Shown piece by piece: positions 17,593 through 26,642 of a stretch of DNA of 64,000 nt. The stretch covers positions 1-64,000 of IMG/VR virus record IMGVR_UViG_3300035703_000059, one strand, 5' to 3'. Position 1 is the stretch's first letter. Each line of letters begins with the position of its first letter. Made by a program: the position numbers and the translations under genes. This DNA comes from a virus. Below the pieces are notes generated by a model. The model had not been told where the DNA came from. It made no database searches and saw only the letters and a program-made list of their open reading frames with translations.

Positions 17593-18507
17593 ATGACGCG
17601 GCTTGAGGCACAGCGGGATGTCGAGACGGCGCAGCTACAAGCGGAGGCGAAGTATCAGTCCCTTCTGAACCAGCAACGCACGGCGGGACGCAGGGCTGTC
17701 GCAGCGAGCAAGGTGTCCGCGATCAAGACGAACCTCATCGATGTCGCGGAGAAGGCACAGAAGGCGGTGCTGGACTCCGAGAAGCTGATCGCGGGCAACA
17801 TCGGCACCTACGGCATCGCCAGCGGAGCGCTTCGTCGGGAGATCGAGAACAACATCGCCTACGCCAAGCGGTTCACGACGTTGTTCGTGCAGGCCGCGCG
17901 GGACTTCAAAGAAACGGGGCAGTTTTTCCGGGTGGCAGGGTCGTCGCGCGATCCGGCGGGCCTTACGGTCGTGGGCGACCAGTTCAACAGCGGCACCTTG
18001 CTTGCGAACTACGTTGACTTGACCTACGCGACGTCGGTGGCTCTCGGCGCGCAGGGCGACTCGTTGCAGGGCGGCGTCATCACCAACCTGTTCCCGAACT
18101 TGACCGACGCCGTGGCGGTGCCGCTGATGAAGGGTGTCGCGGGGCTGTGGGACGTCGTCAAGACGCTGGGGCAGGCCGGCGTCGATATGGCACAGTTCCT
18201 CGCCGACATTCTCAAGAAGCTGCCGAAGATTGGCGGGTTCGCGCTCGATTGGCTTCCGTGGGTGCTGGCGGTCGTGATCATCGGCCCGCCGCTCATTCGC
18301 ATCATTCTCGCGGGTCGTCGGCGCGGTGCAGACGCGGCGCTGGAAGAGACAGGCGCGACGTTGACTGAGGGGCGCGAGGCGATCACCAGCGGCGCGCGAA
18401 AGGCGGGGTCGATGGCCGTTCGCGGGGGCAAGGTGGCGGCGGCGGCCTACACCGGAAATCCCGCGCTTGCAATCTCTGGATTGTCGAAACGCGCACGTCG
18501 CCGGTAA
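17593..18507 (+). CDS. Helical membrane protein
   Basis: Coiled-coil N-terminus. TM WLPWVLAVVIIGPPLIRIIL. Confidence 0.7.
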   Translation: MTRLEAQRDVETAQLQAEAKYQSLLNQQRTAGRRAVAASKVSAIKTNLIDVAEKAQKAVLDSEKLIAGNIGTYGIASGALRREIENNIAYAKRFTTLFVQAARDFKETGQFFRVAGSSRDPAGLTVVGDQFNSGTLLANYVDLTYATSVALGAQGDSLQGGVITNLFPNLTDAVAVPLMKGVAGLWDVVKTLGQAGVDMAQFLADILKKLPKIGGFALDWLPWVLAVVIIGPPLIRIILAGRRRGADAALEETGATLTEGREAITSGARKAGSMAVRGGKVAAAAYTGNPALAISGLSKRARRR

Positions 18508-18516
18508 AGTGAAAGA

Positions 18517-18846
18517 ATGGCCTACGGCGCTCGTCAGAACTTGATGATTCGGTCCTATCTGCTCATCGCGGCGAAGCTCGGTGGGTGGACGAAGGACGCG
18601 GGAGCCGATGGCGCGGCCTACGTCTCGCCGGCACAGAATCCCAACCGGGAAAAAGGTGGGGTGTGTCGGAACTGTGCCTTCTGGAACGGGTCCGACGGGT
18701 GCGCGATTGTGAAGGGGCCGATTGCCGCCGAAGGGCTGTGCAAGCTGTGGGTCATCGATGAGTCGCGGCTGGGGGCCGGGCGCGTCGATGGCCGTCTCGC
18801 CGGTCGACCGATGTCGCTTGAGGTCGTGCCGCCCAAACGTCGCTGA
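18517..18846 (+). CDS. HiPIP-like four-cysteine protein
   Basis: Y...CRNCAFW...CAIVKGPIAAEGLCKLW follows the HiPIP ligand spacing. Confidence 0.7.
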   Translation: MAYGARQNLMIRSYLLIAAKLGGWTKDAGADGAAYVSPAQNPNREKGGVCRNCAFWNGSDGCAIVKGPIAAEGLCKLWVIDESRLGAGRVDGRLAGRPMSLEVVPPKRR

Positions 18847-18921
18847 AGTGCGAAGCCCCGCCGGTGTGCAGCCGGCGAGGCTTCATTTTGACTCTGCGAC
18901 GGAGGGGCGCTCGGTCAAAGG

Positions 18922-18996
18922 TGGCTGGCGGGGTAGGAGTCGAACCTACGGCCACGCGATTAACAGTCGCGCGCTCTGCCTCTGAGCTACCCGCCA
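18922..18996 (-). tRNA. tRNA-Asn(GTT) with encoded CCA
   Basis: Reverse complement TGGCGGGTAGCTCAGAGGCAGAGCGCGCGACTGTTAATCGCGTGGCCGTAGGTTCGACTCCTACCCCGCCAGCCA. It has a 7-bp acceptor stem, D arm, CT-GTT-AA anticodon loop and GTTCGA T-loop. Confidence 0.95.
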
Positions 18997-19055
18997 ATCG
19001 ATGCCGTTCCTACCGGCGTTCGCCGCTTCCGTCAAGAGCGGGTAAACTGCCCGCC

Positions 19056-19499
19056 ATGCCGGTTCAACGTGTCAGCGGACAAGCGTTCGGGGGGATCGTG
19101 GACGACGCGTTGCGCGCGGTCGTTCCGCAGGCGGTGACGCGCGTCGAGTTTCGTACCTCGCTCACGCCGCCGTCGACCATCGCCACGACGGAGTCGATTC
19201 TGGCGGCGATGATTCGCGGCGACACCGCCGAGAACGCGCCTCCGCCGACGACGGCCGCCGAGAGAGCAGAGCCGTCATACTCGGCGTCGCAGAAGTTCTT
19301 TGCGGCACTCAAGCCGACCTTCATGGTGGAGTCGCCGACGTTCGGGCGGCGTATCTACGCGCCCTACGGCGTGGCCGGACCAAAAGATTTCGTTCGTGGG
19401 CAGCGGACCTTCATCGGCGGCCTCGTCGTGATGTCGCTGGGCCTTGTGGGCCTCGGCTACGCGCTTGGCTATGCCGTGGGCCGCACGATGCCCCGCTAG
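19056..19499 (+). CDS. C-terminally membrane-anchored protein
   Basis: MPVQRVSG... with C-terminal TM FIGGLVVMSLGLVGLGYALGY. Confidence 0.65.
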   Translation: MPVQRVSGQAFGGIVDDALRAVVPQAVTRVEFRTSLTPPSTIATTESILAAMIRGDTAENAPPPTTAAERAEPSYSASQKFFAALKPTFMVESPTFGRRIYAPYGVAGPKDFVRGQRTFIGGLVVMSLGLVGLGYALGYAVGRTMPR

Positions 19500-19539
19500 A
19501 TTTTTCGCGTGCGGTGGACGCGCGCAACAGGAGTCGTCG

Positions 19540-20208
19540 ATGGCGAAAGGCATGAAGTCGGAGGCGGAGCGTCGCGCCGGGTGGCTCGCGAAGCAGCAGA
19601 AGTTCGCGGAGGCCATCGCGAAGCAGCGCGCGATGCGCGACTTCCAGTTTCCCGAAGACCGTCCGCCGCTTCGGCAGGACTCGCTCGTCAAAGGGGAGCG
19701 GCCGGAGGCTCTGCGTAGCCCCGGCGTGGCGTACCTGTGCAACTGCGGCCGTGCAGCGCGCGAGGGCGCGTCCTGCGTGTGCGAGGTCGATCCGCGCGTC
19801 CTGCGGCGCGAGGTGAGCAAGACGAACGCGCAGCGGGAGCGCCGTAAGCGGAGCATCGAGCGCAAGCTGCGTGGGTCGAAAATCGGGCAGGAAGAGCGCG
19901 CGGATCTTGAGCGCGAACTCGCCGAGATTCAAGACTTCTACGTCACCGCGCGGAACCGCACGGAGGCGAACCTTGTCGCCGAAGGACGCGTCGCGGGCAA
20001 GAAGGCCGGGCCGCGTCAGAAGAAGCTGAAGGGCAAGCTGGAGGCGAAGACGGTGGCGCCGGGCGTCGTTCGCCGGACGCGCGTGGACGGGCTTGAGGCG
20101 GTGGGCGACCGGGGCGTCATCAGCATTTGGACGCTGGGTTCCATCTTGCTCATCGGCGTGGGCGTCTACGCGGTTTACAGCACGTTCCAGAAAGAGCCGA
20201 AGGCGTAA
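19540..20208 (+). CDS. Basic protein with CxC...CxC and C-terminal TM
   Basis: Start context AGGAGTCGTCG-ATG. TM IWTLGSILLIGVGVYAVY. Confidence 0.7.
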   Translation: MAKGMKSEAERRAGWLAKQQKFAEAIAKQRAMRDFQFPEDRPPLRQDSLVKGERPEALRSPGVAYLCNCGRAAREGASCVCEVDPRVLRREVSKTNAQRERRKRSIERKLRGSKIGQEERADLERELAEIQDFYVTARNRTEANLVAEGRVAGKKAGPRQKKLKGKLEAKTVAPGVVRRTRVDGLEAVGDRGVISIWTLGSILLIGVGVYAVYSTFQKEPKA

Positions 20209-20211
20209 TCG

Positions 20212-20904
20212 ATGGCCGCATTGGCGAATGAGCGCGTCCTCATCATCGGCGACTCGATCACCGTCGGGTCGTTCGGTTCACGCTTGGAGCGGCGCTTCAA
20301 AGACGAGGGCGCGACCGTCAAGCGCGACGCGAAGAGCGGGCGCGCGACGACGTGGTTCTACGCGGACGCGGGCAAGCTGGACGCGGGCCGATTGCCCGGC
20401 CTCGCGGCGTTCAATCCGACGACGGTCATCATCGCGCTGGGGACGAACGATGCGGGGATGTTCACGACGAACGTCGAGCGCGCCAAGAGGTTCTTCGGCA
20501 AGGTGATCGCCGACCTGCGTGACAACGCGGCGGCTCCGCCGACGTTCTGGTGGGTGACGGCGCCGGCCTTCGACTCGCGCGCGAAGAACGTGGACGCGTC
20601 GTGGATCGACGCGCAGATTCGCGCCGTTTCGCCGCTGTTCGACAACGTCATCGACGCGCGTGCGCTGACGAGCGATATGACGGCGAAATCGGATGGGCGC
20701 ACGTCCGACCTCATCCACTTCACGACGAACGGCGGCGCGCGGTACGCCGACCGCGTGTTCGATGCGTTCATGCAGAAGCGCGGAAAGACGCCCGACGTGG
20801 CGCCCCCGAAGCTGCCTTCGAAGGTCGAGCCGATGACCGTGGGTCTGTTCGTGGCGGCGGCCCTCATCGCTTACGCGGTGTGGGTGTCGCGGAGGCGCGG
20901 ATGA
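20212..20904 (+). CDS. SGNH/GDSL hydrolase with C-terminal TM anchor
   Basis: Conserved blocks IIGDSI, SG, LGTND and DLIHF. TM GLFVAAALIAYAVWV. Confidence 0.9.
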   Translation: MAALANERVLIIGDSITVGSFGSRLERRFKDEGATVKRDAKSGRATTWFYADAGKLDAGRLPGLAAFNPTTVIIALGTNDAGMFTTNVERAKRFFGKVIADLRDNAAAPPTFWWVTAPAFDSRAKNVDASWIDAQIRAVSPLFDNVIDARALTSDMTAKSDGRTSDLIHFTTNGGARYADRVFDAFMQKRGKTPDVAPPKLPSKVEPMTVGLFVAAALIAYAVWVSRRRG

Positions 20905-21380
20905 AGCGGGTCTGCCTGCCCGTGCGGAACAAGAAGGGCGTGTGCGCGCGTGTCGATGCCGAAACAGCCAAGTGGGCGAAGGCGATGACGTGGCACGTCC
21001 ACAAGGGGTACGTCGCGACGACGCTCGGCAGCGGGAGCGAGGCGCAGCGGCTCTACCTGCATCGATTACTGGTGCCGACGGACGAGGCCGTGGTCGACCA
21101 CAAGAACGGCGACCGTCTCGATAACCGGCTCGGCAATCTGCGTCCGGCGTCCACCTCGCAGAACGGCGCGAACGTCTCGCGGCTGTCGACGAACAAGTCG
21201 GGATTCAAGGGCGTCGTGAAGCACGGTCGAAAGTTCCGCGCCTACGTTCACAAGAGCGGACGGACGCAGTACCTCGGCACGTTCGACACCGCGAAAGAGG
21301 CGGCGTGCGAGTACGACCGGAACGCAAAAAAGCTGTTTGGGCGATTCGCCAAGACGAACAAGGTCAAGTGCGGCGACTGA
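20901..21380 (+). CDS. HNH endonuclease with AP2 DNA-binding domain
   Basis: HNH motif YLHRL...VDHKNGDRLDNRLGNLR. AP2 motif SGFKGV...YLGTFDTAKEAACEYD. Confidence 0.92.
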   Translation: MKRVCLPVRNKKGVCARVDAETAKWAKAMTWHVHKGYVATTLGSGSEAQRLYLHRLLVPTDEAVVDHKNGDRLDNRLGNLRPASTSQNGANVSRLSTNKSGFKGVVKHGRKFRAYVHKSGRTQYLGTFDTAKEAACEYDRNAKKLFGRFAKTNKVKCGD

Positions 21381-21483
21381 CGCACGTTGACTTTCAACCA
21401 TCGATTCTCAGACCATGAGGTCACGCCGCACCGTCGACTCGGTGCTCTGACGGGATGTCCCGCAGAAAGTAAGGAGAAATCTC

Positions 21484-21822
21484 ATGGCCGCTATCGCTGC
21501 AATCTCCAACGTCGCCTACGGCGACCGCTCGGTGTCGTTCACCGCCGTTTCGGCCGGTGTTGCTGACACCCTCGACTTCTCGGTCATCGCCGCCGCGCTG
21601 ACCGCCGCTGGCGTGGCTTCCAGCACGATCAAGAGCTTCCTGTCGACGTCGCACACCGACGCCGCCGGCACGATGGCCGCGATTGCCGCCGCTGGCGGTC
21701 TGGTCGCCGGTCTGACCACGGGCAACGTCGCCGCGTTCGTCTCGGCCGACAACCAGCTTACGCTGCCCCTCGCGGCGACGTGGCAGGTCCGTATCGCGCT
21801 GGCCCACACCATCAGCGCCTAA
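21484..21822 (+). CDS. Ala-rich putative virion protein
   Basis: Strong RBS AAGGAG and highly biased codons. Confidence 0.7.
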   Translation: MAAIAAISNVAYGDRSVSFTAVSAGVADTLDFSVIAAALTAAGVASSTIKSFLSTSHTDAAGTMAAIAAAGGLVAGLTTGNVAAFVSADNQLTLPLAATWQVRIALAHTISA

Positions 21823-21857
21823 TTCGCGGGCTGACCGCATCGACACGGAGGGAATCG

Positions 21858-22067
21858 ATGGCAACCAAGAAGAAAAGCACGAAGCGGCCGGCGAAGAAGG
21901 GGAGCGCCAAGGTGTCGCTGAAGGGTCTGGCGGCTCTGCCGCACAAGGATCGCTTCAAGAAGATCGCGCAGTCCTGCCAGCTTGAGGTCACGGCCGGGGG
22001 CAAGTCGCGCGCGAAAGAAGTCGGCAAGTGCATGAAGCGTGAGTTCAAGGCGTTGAAAGACGCGTAA
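21858..22067 (+). CDS. Small Lys-rich (DNA-binding?) protein
   Basis: MATKKKSTKRPAKK, start context GGAGGGAATCG-ATG. Confidence 0.65.
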   Translation: MATKKKSTKRPAKKGSAKVSLKGLAALPHKDRFKKIAQSCQLEVTAGGKSRAKEVGKCMKREFKALKDA

Positions 22068-22148
22068 GTCAACCCCTACACGCCCCCACATTGACTTTCG
22101 AAGATGAACTTCGAAAGGATGGGGGCAGCAGAAAGAAGGAGACACCCC

Positions 22149-22784
22149 ATGTACGACTACGGCATGAACGGTTTTGCGGGTCTGATGGACGACATCAAGT
22201 CGAGCGCCGGTGAGGCGTTCGCTGGCGGCGCCGGCCTCGTTGTCGGCGTGAGCCTTGCCAAGTTCGTCACCGCCAAGGTGGACAAGGCGGTTTCGGAGAT
22301 GGAGGCGGGCGCTGGGAAGGACGCGCTCGGCTACGTCACCCCGGCCATCCCGCTGGTTCTCGGCCTTGCGCTGTACGCGAAGTTCCGCAACAGCCCGTCG
22401 CTCGCGGCTCGCAGCCTCGGCGCGGCGAACGGCGCGGGCATGATCGCCTTCTCGCTGGCGACCTACGCCAAGAAGCTGATCGGCCTGTCGAAGAGCGAGG
22501 GCGCCACGGCGGCGGCCAGCTACATCGGCCTCGGCGCGGTGGACACCTACGAGTCCCCGATCCTCGCCGGCCTCGGCAACTACGGCCCGATCAGCGAGTA
22601 CCTCCGCCCCAGCCTCGGCGCTTACGGGATGCGGTCGCCGGGCGCTCCGGTGTTCGTCGAGGACGCTGGCATGGCCGGCGCCCCGACGCAGTTCCAAGAG
22701 GTTCGTGGCAGCGTGAACGGCCTGCACGGCGCTCCGTCGTCCATCGAGATTGTTCCTTCCGCTCTTTCCTCGGTTCTGATGTAA
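22149..22784 (+). CDS. Multi-TM putative major membrane protein directly upstream of the capsid candidate
   Basis: Three hydrophobic segments and several GLG/GMAG motifs in the tail. RBS AAGGAG. Confidence 0.7.
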   Translation: MYDYGMNGFAGLMDDIKSSAGEAFAGGAGLVVGVSLAKFVTAKVDKAVSEMEAGAGKDALGYVTPAIPLVLGLALYAKFRNSPSLAARSLGAANGAGMIAFSLATYAKKLIGLSKSEGATAAASYIGLGAVDTYESPILAGLGNYGPISEYLRPSLGAYGMRSPGAPVFVEDAGMAGAPTQFQEVRGSVNGLHGAPSSIEIVPSALSSVLM

Positions 22785-22863
22785 GAAGCCCCGCGCCGGC
22801 ATCGATGCCGGTGCATTGACCCCCAACTGACGCCTGCGGGCGTCGCTCGACAGGAGAACTACA

Positions 22864-23499
22864 ATGGCCGTTCTGCGTCCCACTTCCGAAACTGGCGTGT
22901 ACGAGGTCGAAGGTCTTGGCACCAAGATCCGTTTGATCGAATGGCGTGCCGGCTCCTTCTATGACTCGGTGGCCTTCGCCGCCGGCGCCATCACCCCCGG
23001 CACCAACCAGCTTCTCTTCCAGAACCTCCAGAACAAGAACCGCCAGCACACCAATCTCGACAACAACGCTGGCCGTCTGCCCGCGCTGACCGAGCTGATC
23101 TGCAACCGTATCGGCGCGCACATCACGCAGGCCGTCGGCAGCAGCGTCACCGTCGACACCGACATCATCCAGCTTGCTCACGCGGCTTATATGCAGGTCT
23201 TCGTGAACCAAGATCGCCGGGTCGCGGACCAGCCGCTCTACACCTTCCAGAGCGGCTACGGCATCACCGGCACCACGACCCGCAACGCCACCGGCGTTGT
23301 GACGACCGGCGTCGCGTCGGCCGCTGCGGCTCCGCAGCTTCTCGTCGCGCAGCCCATCGGCCCGAACGACGCGCTGACCGGCAAGATTCAGGTTGACGCG
23401 GCGACGTGGATCGCCGGCTACGCGAACCCCTCGCTGGCCGCGACCAACGTCGTGACCGTGTTCCTCGACGGCCTCATCAAGAAGCCGCAGGGCGCGTAA
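22864..23499 (+). CDS. Candidate major capsid protein (single jelly-roll)
   Basis: 211 aa, beta-rich, no TM. FYDSV...LLFQ...K...TNL...GRLP...ICNRIG and terminal VTVFLDG resemble single-jelly-roll capsid-like proteins as I recall them. Strong RBS and codon bias. Confidence 0.6.
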   Translation: MAVLRPTSETGVYEVEGLGTKIRLIEWRAGSFYDSVAFAAGAITPGTNQLLFQNLQNKNRQHTNLDNNAGRLPALTELICNRIGAHITQAVGSSVTVDTDIIQLAHAAYMQVFVNQDRRVADQPLYTFQSGYGITGTTTRNATGVVTTGVASAAAAPQLLVAQPIGPNDALTGKIQVDAATWIAGYANPSLAATNVVTVFLDGLIKKPQGA

Positions 23500-23615
23500 G
23501 TCTCCCCGACCATCGATTCCCCCGTCGATGGGGGCGCGAGCCGTCAATCCTCACGGATTGGCGGCTTTCGCCTTTGTGGGGTATGCTCGCCGCGACTCAC
23601 CCGTAAGGAGACTCC

Positions 23616-24188
23616 ATGCAGATCGCACCGCCTCCCGATAACGCCTATATCCAGACGCTTACGTCGCGGATCATCGAAGGCCGAACGATCACGCCCTACG
23701 ACTATCGCGCGATGGTGCTTCCGCTCTACACCACGCTGTCGACGTCGCAGCCCATCGGAAGCGCGACCTACACGATCCCGACGAATATGCGCTTCCGCGT
23801 GCGAAGCATCCTGCCGCACGTTGCGCCGCTCCGCGTGTCGGCGGAGACGATTGCGAACCCCGGCAACTTTGCTCCGCAGAACGTGGCGGGTGACGTGTTC
23901 GACGGCGGCGACGTCATCGACCGTCTCTATGCGAAGGCGATGAACTGCCGCATCAACATCGCGATGCAGAGCCGCGCGTTCGACCTCACCTACAACCAAG
24001 CGTTCGCGATCTCGGACCTCATGGCGGAGAACGGACAGGGTCCGAGCTTCCTCGATATGCCGGGTCTGATTCTGCAAGGAACGACCATCGACTTGAACGC
24101 CGCGCTCATCGATACCGACGCCGACGTGATCGGCAGCCCGACCGAGTACGGCATCGTTCTCGTCGGCGCCTTCATCCGCGTGGACTAA
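23616..24188 (+). CDS. Candidate second jelly-roll capsid protein (paralog of the 24200 ORF)
   Basis: Shares AKA.N.R and terminal TEYG..L.GAF.R with the next ORF. Confidence 0.5.
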   Translation: MQIAPPPDNAYIQTLTSRIIEGRTITPYDYRAMVLPLYTTLSTSQPIGSATYTIPTNMRFRVRSILPHVAPLRVSAETIANPGNFAPQNVAGDVFDGGDVIDRLYAKAMNCRINIAMQSRAFDLTYNQAFAISDLMAENGQGPSFLDMPGLILQGTTIDLNAALIDTDADVIGSPTEYGIVLVGAFIRVD

Positions 24189-24199
24189 GGGGAAAAACC

Positions 24200-24838
24200 G
24201 TGGCGATTCTGACTCCCGCTCCGATCAACTTTCAGCAGAAAATCCGCAGCGAACTTGCGGAGGCTCTGCGGCTGAACTTCGGCGACATCTTTCCGACCAT
24301 CCTGCACCTTCGGGTGACGCTGGGCGGGACGCTGAACCCCGGACCGCCCCCGACGGTGACGCTGCCGACCCCCGGCAACGACATCTTCCGCATCCCCGGC
24401 GACTACTCGCTGCTCGTCGGCGAGATTCGCGGCCACATCGCGCTCAACGAACTGTCGCAGGAGTCGACGACGGCTCCGACGAACACGGGCCTTCTGAACA
24501 TCGCCGGTGTGCGTAACCGCGTCGTCGCCAAGGCGCTGAACGCGCGCATGGTGCTGGTCAACGCGGACCGCGACAATCTGAAGTTCGTGGAGACGGACAT
24601 CGCGAACAGCGCGAACCCGCTGGGCATCAGCGCGAACCTCTGCCTCGCGAACCTGCTCCCGGCGGCCGGTGGCTCCCCGATCAAGCTGATCGGGGACGGC
24701 GACGTCATGCCGCTCATCGTGCCGGGCAACGAGCGCATCAAGCTGACCGTCGCACTCAACGACGAGAACGCGTCGCTGGGCCAGACGGAGTACGGACTGA
24801 CGCTGATGGGCGCCTTCGTGCGTTCGCGGGGTAGCTGA
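24200..24838 (+). CDS. Candidate third jelly-roll capsid protein
   Basis: AKALNAR and TEYGLTLMGAFVR match AKAMNCR and TEYGIVLVGAFIR in the 23616 ORF. Confidence 0.5.
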   Translation: MAILTPAPINFQQKIRSELAEALRLNFGDIFPTILHLRVTLGGTLNPGPPPTVTLPTPGNDIFRIPGDYSLLVGEIRGHIALNELSQESTTAPTNTGLLNIAGVRNRVVAKALNARMVLVNADRDNLKFVETDIANSANPLGISANLCLANLLPAAGGSPIKLIGDGDVMPLIVPGNERIKLTVALNDENASLGQTEYGLTLMGAFVRSRGS

Positions 24839-26631
24839 TGAAAACGGTCGCCGACCAAGTGCGTGAAATCCGCGCCGCTCTCATCGCGCAGCACAAGCGC
24901 GAGGGCGTCGGCGACATCGCCTCCGCGAAGATGCAGACCGAGCGCGAACTGGCGCTCACGAAGATCTACGGGGGCGTCCCCGGCTACTACGGCCCGCCGC
25001 CGCCCTCGCGTGGTCTGAGTGCGGTGTCGAACGCGATCTGCCCGCCGGGATTCAAGCGGGACCGCGTCTCCAATCAATGCACCGTCGCCATCGAAGAGAA
25101 CCCGTCGTACCTGCCGGGCATCACCGAGTTCCAAGGCCCGACGCTGATGCAGAACTCGCGCGTCGACAACTTCGTCATGCAGGCGCCGAAGTTCCGTGCG
25201 CCGACGATGCTGTCGGGCCTCGGTGATCTGTCGACTGATGCCCCGTGGCCGGCGTATACCGCGACTGAGTTGACGTGCAACGCGTTCAGCGGAGACGATG
25301 GGTATGCGAAATGGTCGATGTCGCAAAAAGTCAACCAAGCGGTAATCAAATGGGTGGCCTACTGGAGAAATCCGAATAACACCAGCCCCTCCGGCGGCAC
25401 CGTATCTTCTCTTCGCGCCGATTTGATCACGGAGAGGGATGTCACGGACGAATTCAAAAACGCGGTTCGCAAGCGAAACCCCTGTCGCCCCTCTCACATC
25501 GATGCGCTAGTCCGCGCCTTCCCGCCGGGCCGTGGGGCCGGCGTGCTGGCGTGTGAGACAACCTATGAGTGCGCCAAGTACGGCAAGGTCTGCGTGAACG
25601 GGGTGTGCGAGGGTCAGTTAGTGTTCTGCGAGAAGACTGATGACTGCCAGAAGCTCGACTTTACCTACGTCTGCTCCAACGAAATCAGCTCCGTTCGTCC
25701 CCAGCCGCACGCGATATATAGTGCGCCTTACTGCACGCCAGCCCGCGCTAACGAAGTTGCGTTGTGGTCGGCCAAGAAGCGTGCAGCGGCGGCGGCAGCA
25801 ACGGCTGAAGCTCGCGCCTTGCAGCAATCCGCGAATCGCGCCCAGCAGGCCCGTCAGCGTGCCGCATCCGGTGCTTCGGCACGAACGGCGGCCATCGAGA
25901 GCGCCATACCCAGCATTTCTGCGTCGAAGTCTGCGGGGCGCGCGCGGGCAGCCGTTGCCGCAGCGGCAGCAGCAGCGGCGGCTCGCGGCGTTGGTCCGGG
26001 GACATCGACGATGTCGCCGGCCGATGCAGCGGCTCGTCAGCGCGCGGCGGCGGCCGTAGCTGCGGCGGCGGCTGTGGCGCGAGGACGCGGCCTTACGCCG
26101 GGAGCAGGCGCGGCGGCGGCCGATATGTCGCGCGCGGGCCAGCAGGCCACCGCCGACGCGGCGGCAGCGCAGGCGGCGCGTCAATCGTCGGCCGACAAGG
26201 CGGCGTGCCGACCGGAGTGCAAGACGGGCGAGGTCGCGGAGCGCATCCCCGGCACGAAGTGCTATCGATGCGTCGTTCCGCCGCTCCCGACCGACACGAA
26301 GCCACCCGAAACCAAGGTGTGCGACCCCGGATTCGTTCTCAACGCCGACGGCGGCTGCGTTCCGGCCACGCAAATCGAGCGTCCGCCGGAGTGTCCGGCG
26401 TGTCCGAAGGTGCGATGCCCGTCGTGTCCGCCCCAGCAGTCGTGTCCGACCTGCCCGCCGTGTGACGTCACCGGCGGATACGGTGGCAGCGGCGGCGGCG
26501 GTAGCGGCGGCGGTGGGGGTGGCGGCGTCACCTACATCGACAAAGAGTGTCCGGCCTGCCTTCAGAAGAAACCGAGCATTTGGCCGTGGGTGGTCGCCGG
26601 CGTTGCGACCCTCTACGCTGTCACCCGATAA
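24838..26631 (+). CDS. Cys-rich, Ala-stalk, C-terminal TM protein
   Basis: Many Cys residues (CPACPKVRCPSCP; CVNGVC...C..DC), a long Ala helix, TM WPWVVAGVATLYAV. Confidence 0.75.
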   Translation: MKTVADQVREIRAALIAQHKREGVGDIASAKMQTERELALTKIYGGVPGYYGPPPPSRGLSAVSNAICPPGFKRDRVSNQCTVAIEENPSYLPGITEFQGPTLMQNSRVDNFVMQAPKFRAPTMLSGLGDLSTDAPWPAYTATELTCNAFSGDDGYAKWSMSQKVNQAVIKWVAYWRNPNNTSPSGGTVSSLRADLITERDVTDEFKNAVRKRNPCRPSHIDALVRAFPPGRGAGVLACETTYECAKYGKVCVNGVCEGQLVFCEKTDDCQKLDFTYVCSNEISSVRPQPHAIYSAPYCTPARANEVALWSAKKRAAAAAATAEARALQQSANRAQQARQRAASGASARTAAIESAIPSISASKSAGRARAAVAAAAAAAAARGVGPGTSTMSPADAAARQRAAAAVAAAAAVARGRGLTPGAGAAAADMSRAGQQATADAAAAQAARQSSADKAACRPECKTGEVAERIPGTKCYRCVVPPLPTDTKPPETKVCDPGFVLNADGGCVPATQIERPPECPACPKVRCPSCPPQQSCPTCPPCDVTGGYGGSGGGGSGGGGGGGVTYIDKECPACLQKKPSIWPWVVAGVATLYAVTR

Positions 26632-26642
26632 GGAGAATCGAT

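Noticed and set aside
18922-18996. tRNA as the attachment site or prophage boundary
   Set aside because: Viral structural genes continue on both sides, and no duplicated tRNA 3' end was seen near the recombinase.
20901-21380. Intron-encoded homing endonuclease
   Set aside because: It is free-standing and coupled to the upstream gene by an ATGA overlap, with no interrupted gene or intron structure evident.
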